16,952 nucleotides of DNA, taken from positions 1 through 16,952 of the forward strand of contig CAUJGS010000111.1 of NCBI GenBank assembly GCA_963170185.1. The letters run 5' to 3'. The notes below the pieces were generated by a model, which worked only from the letters and a program-made list of their open reading frames with translations, had not been told where the DNA came from and made no database searches. This DNA comes from Bdellovibrionota bacterium. Its GTDB lineage: Bacteria; Bdellovibrionota; Bdellovibrionia; Bdellovibrionales; JAMPXM01. This document shows positions 7,841 to 13,939 of this stretch, piece by piece. The stretch's first letter is position 1. Every line of letters starts with the position of its first letter. Position numbers and translations under genes: made by a program.

Positions 7841-9307
7841 CTAGGAAAGCAGGTTTTCGCCGGTCGCGATTTTCAGGCGCTTGTACAGAGTTTTGCGATC
7901 GACTCCGATTTCTTTAGCTGTTCGGTCTTTGGCGCCAGCATTTTTGGTTACAGCGAATTGGATGTAGGAATTGATCATGTCGTTGAGCGACGGAAGCGTC
8001 CCGCTGCAGTCGACGCGAAAGTACTGTCCTGAATCGACGGCCGATGGATGTTCAAACGAGGACTGCGCGGTTCTCGTTTGTGACTTAAGCTGGCTCTCCA
8101 TGGCGTTTGGCATAAGGTCTGCGATATCAATTTCGTTTGTTTGTGTGAGCACGGCCGCACGTTCGATCGTGTTTTCCAACTCGCGCACGTTGCCATTCCA
8201 TGGATGACTGAGAATGAAACGAACAGCCTCTTTCGTGAAGCCGGTGATCGGAGCTTGGTTCTCGGCGGCAAATTTTTTTAAAAAACCCTCTGCCAGCGGC
8301 AAGATGTCTTCTTGGCGTTCGCGAAGTGGCGGAAGGTGAATGGGAATGACATTGAGACGGAAGAAGAGATCCTCTCGGAACTGACCGGTTGCGACCATTT
8401 CAGAGAGATTTTTATGAGTGGCGGAGACCAGTCGACAGTTGATATTGCGGTCCTGATTCTCACCCACGCGACGAATCTTTCGTTCCTGTAGGACGCGAAG
8501 AAGTTTTGCTTGAAGTGGAAGACTTAGGTCACCGATCTCATCAAGAAAGAGGGTGCCATCTTGTGCTTCTTCGAAGAGGCCAAGTTTTTTTTCGTTGGCT
8601 CCTGTGAAGGCCCCTTTTGCATGGCCAAAGAGTTCGGATTCCAGAAGGGTCTCCGGAATAGCCGAACAGTTGATGGCTATGAAGGGGCCTTTTTTGTTGA
8701 GGCTTGAAGTGTGGATGAAGCGTGCGAAGACTTCTTTTCCAGTTCCGCTTTCGCCGGTGATGATAATGTTTGATCGGCTTTTGGCGACCCGCTTGGCGAG
8801 ATCAACAGCGGCCAGAAAGGCGGCGCTCTTTCCGATCATGCCATTTGCCGACGCGGCTTTGGTTTCGATCTGCGATTGTAGATTTACGAGGTCTCGACTG
8901 AGTGTTTTGATATGGAGAGCTCGTTCAACGGCGATTTGCAGTTGCTGCAAATTAAGTGGCTTGATTAGGAAGTCGTAAGCTCCTTCTTTGATGGCCTCGA
9001 GAGCCACTTCGGTGCTTCGGTTTGTCGTGATCAATATGACCGGCGTCTGCGGGGCTGTCTCTTTCATCTGCGCGGTGAGTTCGACGCCCGACATTTTTGG
9101 GAGGCGCAGGTCCGATAAAATCACGTCCCAGGTTTCGCTGGATTTCTCACCGTCGGCGATGGCGGATTCGGCATCGCCGAAGCAGATGACTTCGAATCCG
9201 CGCGGCTTAAAAAACGCTGAGATCAGATCCTGAGTGTCGAGATCGTCATCGACCACGACAATTTTTTTCTTCTCCTTTTCGGTCTTTATATCTGCGCGTG
9301 CGTCCAT
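7841..9307 (-). CDS. NtrC-family sigma-54-dependent response regulator (REC + AAA+ + Fis-type HTH)
   Basis: The N-terminal receiver domain (KIVVVDDD...ILSDLRLPKMSG) has the acidic pocket and phospho-acceptor Asp. The AAA+ region has Walker A GESGTGKE, the GAFTGA sigma-54 contact motif, and an arginine finger region. The C-terminus has an HTH. RBS GAGGAG upstream. Confidence 0.9.
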   Translation of the reverse strand: MDARADIKTEKEKKKIVVVDDDLDTQDLISAFFKPRGFEVICFGDAESAIADGEKSSETWDVILSDLRLPKMSGVELTAQMKETAPQTPVILITTNRSTEVALEAIKEGAYDFLIKPLNLQQLQIAVERALHIKTLSRDLVNLQSQIETKAASANGMIGKSAAFLAAVDLAKRVAKSRSNIIITGESGTGKEVFARFIHTSSLNKKGPFIAINCSAIPETLLESELFGHAKGAFTGANEKKLGLFEEAQDGTLFLDEIGDLSLPLQAKLLRVLQERKIRRVGENQDRNINCRLVSATHKNLSEMVATGQFREDLFFRLNVIPIHLPPLRERQEDILPLAEGFLKKFAAENQAPITGFTKEAVRFILSHPWNGNVRELENTIERAAVLTQTNEIDIADLMPNAMESQLKSQTRTAQSSFEHPSAVDSGQYFRVDCSGTLPSLNDMINSYIQFAVTKNAGAKDRTAKEIGVDRKTLYKRLKIATGENLLS

Positions 9308-9645
9308 GTTCGACTCCTCTTCCGGCTGTGTTTGCTAACATGTTTGGTCGTTTTCTACCCATTTATACGATCAAAAAATGTACTCAGCAGCCCCAGCCTT
9401 TTTAAACACATGTATAATCAGATACTTACAGGAAACATGCTGCCGAATTCACCAAATTGGCACGTGCAATATTCGCACAAAGGTCCATTTAATGGACATA
9501 TAAACGTTCAAAAAGAGTACTTTCTGCGTGGCGACGTCTGCCAGATCGAAATAAACAAGGGAAGAGAACTGGTTTCGAGGTTGCTACTACCTCTATCAGC
9601 ATCAAATTGCAGGCTTAACAGCAGCTATGTGGAAAGGGGAATTTT

Positions 9646-9828
9646 ATGATCCGTGCAGCGTTGGGATTCTTTGTACTCGCGGTTTTAGCATTCGTTCTCG
9701 GAGCGACCGGTGTCGCTGGCCTTTCGATGGAAATTGGCAAGACATTGCTCGTCGTATTTGCGGTGTTGGCCGTTCTTTCTTTCGTCGTCAGCCTCGTAAC
9801 AGGGCGAAGTCCGAAGCAGCTACCTTAG
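9646..9828 (+). CDS. DUF1328-family small membrane protein
   Basis: 60 aa with two hydrophobic helices (ALGFFVLAVLAFVLGATGVAG ... LLVVFAVLAVLSFVVSLV). RBS AAGGGGA. Resembles the YtjA/DUF1328 stress-associated small protein family. Confidence 0.6.
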   Translation: MIRAALGFFVLAVLAFVLGATGVAGLSMEIGKTLLVVFAVLAVLSFVVSLVTGRSPKQLP

Positions 9829-9875
9829 CGGCATTCTTGAAACCGACATTTTGAAAACCGAACGGAGGATTAAAC

Positions 9876-10172
9876 ATGGAAAACACAATCAACTGGAAAA
9901 AAGAAGTCTTCACTCGAGCTCTTGCGATTGTCGCAGTTTGCGGATTCTGGAGCGTCGCCTTCGCTGAAGAGACTGCGATGGAGAAAGCCGAGACTCAGGT
10001 GAATGAAGCCGTCGATACCACAAAAGAAACGTATCGCGACATGAAGGATAAGGTTTGTGAAACCGTAAATGGCAAAGTCGAGTGTGCGGCCAAAAAAGTC
10101 GCAAACAAGGCTCGCACCTTGAAAGACAAAACCGAAACGAAGGCGAAAGAAATCAAGAACAAGGTGGACTAA
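9876..10172 (+). CDS. Small secreted Lys/Glu-rich protein (hypothetical)
   Basis: RBS GGAGGA. Signal peptide LAIVAVCGFWSVAFA-EE. The mature part is charged and low in complexity. Confidence 0.5.
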   Translation: MENTINWKKEVFTRALAIVAVCGFWSVAFAEETAMEKAETQVNEAVDTTKETYRDMKDKVCETVNGKVECAAKKVANKARTLKDKTETKAKEIKNKVD

Positions 10173-10173
10173 G

Positions 10174-10815
10174 ATGAAACAGCAGCTAGCGAAAATACAA
10201 CTGAGACTCTCGATCGTGGCCGCAAGCTTGTTAGCTCTTGGACTTGCGCTGTCGTTTGCCGAGTCTGCCAAGGCTGATGTCGGCCTCTTCGTGGAGCCGA
10301 GTCTCACCTATGAACTTGGCGATACGAAGATCAACTACCCAGCGCCATTTTCAGATTCGACGGGGAAACTTCAAGGATTTGGAATCGGAGCGCGACTTGG
10401 GATGCATGTGAGCGAAGCGATCTTCGTTGGCCTCGACGGTCGGTATAGCATGCCGAAGTTCACGGATTCGTCGGTGAACTATGATGCGGCGGCGACTGCG
10501 ATGAACTACGGACCGGTCGTGGGGATTCAGATGCCAGACATTGGCCTTCGTCTTTGGGGAGCATATGTCCTCGGCGGCGATGTGAATCCGGATGCGTCGG
10601 GAAATCTCGATGTGAAAATGACCGGTGCTCAAGGTTACCGCCTTGGCGCGGGCTTCCGGGTCGCGGCACTAAGTCTCAATCTTGAGTATCAAGACTTGCG
10701 CTATGACAGCACGACCCTGGAGCAAATCGGACCGTTTACCGGTGGAAGCTTCGACAGCGTGAAGCTCAACCAGAAGTCGTGGATTGCAAGCGTATCATTT
10801 CCGCTCGAGCTCTGA
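10174..10815 (+). CDS. Secreted putative outer-membrane beta-barrel protein
   Basis: Signal peptide LSIVAASLLALGLALSFAESAKA-DV. Alternating hydrophobic beta-strand pattern with Gly/aromatic girdle residues. It lacks the canonical terminal Phe (ends LEL), so the barrel assignment is tentative. The ATG follows the upstream stop by 2 nt. Confidence 0.45.
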   Translation: MKQQLAKIQLRLSIVAASLLALGLALSFAESAKADVGLFVEPSLTYELGDTKINYPAPFSDSTGKLQGFGIGARLGMHVSEAIFVGLDGRYSMPKFTDSSVNYDAAATAMNYGPVVGIQMPDIGLRLWGAYVLGGDVNPDASGNLDVKMTGAQGYRLGAGFRVAALSLNLEYQDLRYDSTTLEQIGPFTGGSFDSVKLNQKSWIASVSFPLEL

Positions 10816-10835
10816 TCAGAGCTTAGCACTCTTCG

Positions 10836-10875
10836 CGGACTCCCTTCATGACAGGGAGTCCGTGCCTTTTTTGTT
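10836..10875 (+). terminator. Rho-independent terminator
   Basis: CGGACTCCCT-TCATGAC-AGGGAGTCCG 10-bp stem followed by TGCCTTTTTTGTTT. Confidence 0.75.
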
Positions 10876-11045
10876 TCCCTCAATAAGAGTTTTCGAGAAT
10901 GAGTCTGGCGGAAGCTTATCAAGATGTTCTTCGAACGCCTCGCGCGGAGATGGCGCGAAGTGTTTGGGAACGAAAGCAAGGATTCCCGATACCAGCGGCC
11001 GTCCGCCTTGTCTGGGGAAACTGGTCCAGTCTCAGGCTTCTGATT

Positions 11046-12164
11046 TCACTTTTGGCGTGATACCAGATTCATCAATTGTTCGAGACCACCGACAACATTG
11101 ATTGCCTGAACTTTGTCGCTCACCTTCTCGATGCTTTCCATCTCCTTTAAGCGCATGAGAACGGGGCTCGATTCGATCAGCCTTGCTGTGTTCAGCAGTG
11201 AGCGTGTAGCGGCGACCTCTTCGCGTCGGCGAATGAGATTTGCCTGAGCTTGTTTTTCAGACGCTACGACTTGGTTTAAGATCTCGCGGATATCTCCAGG
11301 AAGAATGATGTCGCGTACACCGGTGCTCGTCAGTTCTATGCCGACTCGGACGGCAAAGGGTGCCGCTTGTTCAAGGACCTCTGTTCCGAGAGATTCTTTC
11401 GTCGCCAGAACTTCGTCTAATGTTCGGACGCCGATGGCCTTTCGCAGTGCGAACTGTAGCTCTTTGTAGAGCAGGTCCTTAGCGTCTTGTGATTCCGTTA
11501 CGAGTTTTTCGGCATCGGAGACGCGATAGTGCGCATCGAGATTTAGCCGAATCGAAACGCGATCTTTTGTGAGGATCTCTTGCCCGCTGACTTCGAGGTT
11601 CTGAGTGCGCATGTCGATAGCCACGACATTGAGAGTGGATTTCCCTTTCCAGTAGGTGCAAGGGCCTGGTGCGAGCTTTTTTACTAGGCGCCCGTCGGCA
11701 AACAGCAGGCCGAGTGAACCTTCTGGGATGATCTTGTGAATGAACTCTTCGGAATCAGGCTGTTGGTGCATCAGCAACTTCGCCTGTTCGGCGGGGATCT
11801 CTTGCCAATCGGAAAATGCAATGTATTCGACCCGAACGTCTTTGAGGATTTTCCAGAAGAGCTTTCGTTGCCCGGGGCCGACGATGCGATGGAATTTTTC
11901 ATCGACGTAGATGAGGGCGGTTTGGTGGTCTGAGGTGTCAACGACAGTGAAGTACTTTGTCACCAGTTGCGGATGCCATTTGATAAGTGCAGAGGCCCAC
12001 GGTCCGAGAAACTCCGGCTCGTTGACGTCGTATTTCAGGACGGTTTCTGGTGAGATTCCGAATGAACTGAACGTCCAATGGCGACCGGGTTCTAGGATTC
12101 CAGTGATGCGACCGTTTTTGATTTTGAGACCGCGTTGTGTTTCGGTGATTTCAACTTTTTTCAT
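11046..12164 (-). CDS. Soluble SPFH/band-7 (stomatin/prohibitin-like) domain protein with a ~170-aa N-terminal domain of unknown function; last gene of the rtcB transcription unit
   Basis: The C-terminal half shows the SPFH pattern (LTKDRVSIRLNLDAHYRV.D..K......D....L.......LR...G..TLDEVL..KE....EVLE........GIEL...GVRDIILPGDI...L.......AEKQA.A..I...E). No N-terminal TM helix is present, which is unusual for this family. RBS GAGG lies 7 nt upstream. It is on the same strand as, and downstream of, rtcB and the ncRNA. Confidence 0.7.
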   Translation of the reverse strand: MKKVEITETQRGLKIKNGRITGILEPGRHWTFSSFGISPETVLKYDVNEPEFLGPWASALIKWHPQLVTKYFTVVDTSDHQTALIYVDEKFHRIVGPGQRKLFWKILKDVRVEYIAFSDWQEIPAEQAKLLMHQQPDSEEFIHKIIPEGSLGLLFADGRLVKKLAPGPCTYWKGKSTLNVVAIDMRTQNLEVSGQEILTKDRVSIRLNLDAHYRVSDAEKLVTESQDAKDLLYKELQFALRKAIGVRTLDEVLATKESLGTEVLEQAAPFAVRVGIELTSTGVRDIILPGDIREILNQVVASEKQAQANLIRRREEVAATRSLLNTARLIESSPVLMRLKEMESIEKVSDKVQAINVVGGLEQLMNLVSRQK

Positions 12165-12198
12165 ATATACCTCGTGTGAGTTTTTTGTTTAAGCAAAC

Positions 12199-12241
12199 CT
12201 CGGGGGCGGGGCCGTCGGCGTTTGGCCGCAAAGCCCCCAAG
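12199..12241 (-). terminator. GC-rich hairpin (candidate intrinsic terminator or attenuator, or the ncRNA 3' end) between the tRNA-like RNA and the SPFH gene
   Basis: On the minus strand: CTTGGGGGC-(25 nt, GC-rich)-GCCCCCGAG, then GTTTGCTT. The stem pairs fully only in minus-strand RNA (a T-G wobble there would be a C-A mismatch on the plus strand). The U-tract is weak. Confidence 0.3.
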
Positions 12242-12280
12242 TTTGGGAGTTCCGAATGAGAGTGCGGCCTTGCCATCGGC

Positions 12281-12425
12281 TTTGCTCTCAAGCATTCCTC
12301 CATGGACATTCATTCGAGAAACGACTTCGTTTTCAAAGTACGGACACTCTACCAGCTGAGTTACTGAAGGTGACTTCAGGCGGGAATCGAACCCGCGACA
12401 ATCCCTGTTTCTCAAGAGAAGCAAA
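12281..12425 (-). ncRNA. Permuted tRNA-like structured RNA (Y RNA / YrlA-like tRNA mimic) encoded between rtcB and the SPFH gene
   Basis: Minus-strand read, in tRNA numbering. Anticodon-stem 3' strand AGGGA, then variable loop TTGTC. T-arm GCGGG-TTCGATT-CCCGC (T54 T55 C56 G57 A58 present). The acceptor 3' strand CTGAAG is joined directly to the 5' strand CTTCAG through a TCAC tetraloop, so there is no discriminator or CCA. Then U8 A9, and D-arm ACTC-AGCTGGTA-GAGT (A14, G18 G19, A21 present). G26, then TCCGT, which pairs with AGGGA with one mismatch. The module is enclosed by a 7-bp helix GAGAAAC/GTTTCTC and an outer 9-bp helix TTTGCT(T)CTC/GAGAGCAAA with a single bulged U. The ends are approximate: structured sequence extends from the rtcB stop (12492) to about 12190. 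Confidence 0.55.
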
Positions 12426-12492
12426 TTCGGCATACGCTCTCGGCAGGGCCGTGCGCACCCGCTAGGGTTTTGAACCTAGGCGATAGAACTCG

Positions 12493-13698
12493 CTATCCCT
12501 TAACGCACACCACCTGTTTGAGGGTGTGTACGATTTCAACCAAATCTGACTGTGCGGCCATCACTGCATCGATGTCCTTGTAGGCGGCGGGTGATTCGTC
12601 GATCACTCCATCGTCCTTTCGGCATTCGACCTCAGCTGTGGCTCGCTTGTGATCTTCAAGCGAGATCACTGCTCGCGCTTTTGTGCGCGACATTTTTCGT
12701 CCGGCTCCATGAGAGCAGCTGCAGAAGCTCTCTTGGTTGCCGAGCCCTCGCACGATGAAAGACTTCGCTCCCATGGATCCCGGGATAATTCCAAGATCCC
12801 CCTCGCGTGCTCGGACGGCTCCTTTGCGTGTAACATAAACGTTCTCTCCGTAGTGATGTTCAAGCTCGACGTAGTTGTGATGGCAATTCACAGCCCGCTC
12901 GAGAAGCGTGAAGGGCGGAATGCCTTTTTGGTGTCGGAGTCCCGCCACAACCCGGTTCATCATGAGCTCGCGATTCAGGCGCGCGTAGTTTTGAGCCCAG
13001 TACACGGCTTCGACGTAGTCGTTGAAGTGTTCGGATCCCTCGGAGAGATACGCGAGATCTTCGTTCGGTAATTGAATGAACCATTTTTCCATTTCCTTCT
13101 TCGCCAGTTCGATGAAGTAGTGGCCAATCGCATTCCCGACGCCGCGCGATCCGCTGTGGAGCATGATCCAGACGTCTTGATTTTCATCAAGGCAGAGTTC
13201 GATGAAGTGATTGCCGCCGCCGAGTGTTCCAAGCTGCTTGTAGGTTTTTGTCTCGCGGATGCGAGGGTGGCGTTCGATAATCGATTTATAGCCGGTCTCC
13301 ATCTGGGCCCATGCCTCGAGGCATTCCTTTGGTACGGCTTTGTTGTGATAGCCGTAACCGACGGGAACGTCTCGCTCGATCTGGCCGCGGATGGAAGAAA
13401 GAGAGTCGGGCAGATCGGTTGCTCGCAGTGAAGTCTTCTGTGCCATCATCCCGCAGCCGATATCGACGCCGACGGCTGCGGGAATGATTGCGCCTTTAGT
13501 TGGAATCACGCTTCCAACTGTGGTGCCGCGGCCTGCGTGGACGTCGGGCATGGCTGCGACCCATTTATGAATAAAGGGAAGGTCGGCAAGTTTTTTGAGT
13601 TGGTTGCGAGCTTCGTCCTCGAACAAGACTCCTTTGGTCCAAGTCTTGATCAGGCCACCATTTTGAGATTCGAGGACTTCGTATTTCTGCTTCGACAT
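12493..13698 (-). CDS. rtcB: RtcB RNA 3'-phosphate/2',3'-cyclic-phosphate ligase
   Basis: 401 aa from the ATG at 13698, with RBS AAGGAG 7 nt upstream. The annotated TTG at 13719 adds 7 aa with no RBS. From memory (not verifiable here), it aligns along its whole length with E. coli RtcB (408 aa). Recognisable blocks include MPDVH.G.G...GSVIPTKGAIIPAAVGVDIGCGM, GTLG.GNHFIE.CLDE..DVWIMLHSGSRG.GNAIG.YFI, NCHHNYV, YVTRKGAV.AR.G..GIIPGSMGAKSFIVRGLGN.ESFCSCSHGAGR.MSRTKA and the C-terminus YKDIDAVMAAQSDLVE...L.QVVCVKG. Confidence 0.95.
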   Translation of the reverse strand: MSKQKYEVLESQNGGLIKTWTKGVLFEDEARNQLKKLADLPFIHKWVAAMPDVHAGRGTTVGSVIPTKGAIIPAAVGVDIGCGMMAQKTSLRATDLPDSLSSIRGQIERDVPVGYGYHNKAVPKECLEAWAQMETGYKSIIERHPRIRETKTYKQLGTLGGGNHFIELCLDENQDVWIMLHSGSRGVGNAIGHYFIELAKKEMEKWFIQLPNEDLAYLSEGSEHFNDYVEAVYWAQNYARLNRELMMNRVVAGLRHQKGIPPFTLLERAVNCHHNYVELEHHYGENVYVTRKGAVRAREGDLGIIPGSMGAKSFIVRGLGNQESFCSCSHGAGRKMSRTKARAVISLEDHKRATAEVECRKDDGVIDESPAAYKDIDAVMAAQSDLVEIVHTLKQVVCVKG

Positions 13699-13786
13699 TT
13701 TGCTGCTCCTTACTTGCAACCCTAGTCGTAACCCGCCGGCCGAATTTCGAAGAAGCGAGGCCGGCGGGGTTGACGATTTGGTGTAA

Positions 13787-13803
13787 TTGCAGTCGTGATG
13801 CCA
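13787..13803 (-). promoter_or_regulatory. Sigma-54 (-24/-12) promoter for rtcB
   Basis: The minus strand reads TGGCAT-CACGACT-CTGCA. The GG and GC dinucleotides are spaced exactly as in the consensus TGGCACG-N4-TTGCW. It lies about 90 nt upstream of the rtcB ATG and points toward rtcB, divergent from rtcR. This matches the known RtcR/sigma-54 control of rtcBA in E. coli. Confidence 0.55.
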
Positions 13804-13939
13804 GCCGGGTGTCCGGCATCGCGTATTTATATATCACATTGAATATACAGTGTTTTTCATGCTTCTCCGAAGTCTCCCCGGTCCGCGAGATATGTCATTT
13901 TATATATCTTTAGATAGAGTTTTATCTTAAAATATAAAC

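Noticed and set aside
8553-9233. Plus-strand ORFs inside the sigma-54 regulator gene
   Set aside because: They are antisense to a high-confidence conserved-domain gene. The Ser/Arg-rich translations are typical of spurious antisense frames.
9459-9478. TTGGCACGTGCAATATTCGC as a sigma-54 promoter
   Set aside because: It has a good TGGCACG -24 half, but no GC dinucleotide at the required -12 register (TGCA is 4 nt too close and TTCGC 4 nt too far), so it fails the rigid sigma-54 spacing.
9332-9649. 105-aa plus-strand ORF in the AT-rich island
   Set aside because: No RBS, and the composition is driven by AT-rich DNA. It ends in a frame overlapping the well-supported DUF1328 gene start. Treated as non-coding.
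9870-10307. 145-aa minus-strand ORF
   Set aside because: It is antisense to two plus-strand genes that have RBSs and signal peptides, and it has no RBS of its own.
12330-12410. Canonical tRNA gene or tRNA pseudogene on the minus strand (GGTTCGATTCC T-loop and AGCTGGTAGAG D-loop are present)
   Set aside because: The elements occur in permuted order (T-arm, then closed acceptor hairpin, then D-arm). There is no anticodon stem-loop, no discriminator and no CCA, and the acceptor strands are joined by a tetraloop. This is inconsistent with a functional or simply decayed tRNA gene, and it is reported instead as a tRNA-mimic ncRNA.
12161-12465. ORFs 12161-12433 (-) and 12256-12465 (+) lying over the rtcB-SPFH spacer
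   Set aside because: No RBS and Arg/Pro-rich low-complexity translations. The region is better explained by conserved tRNA-like RNA structure.
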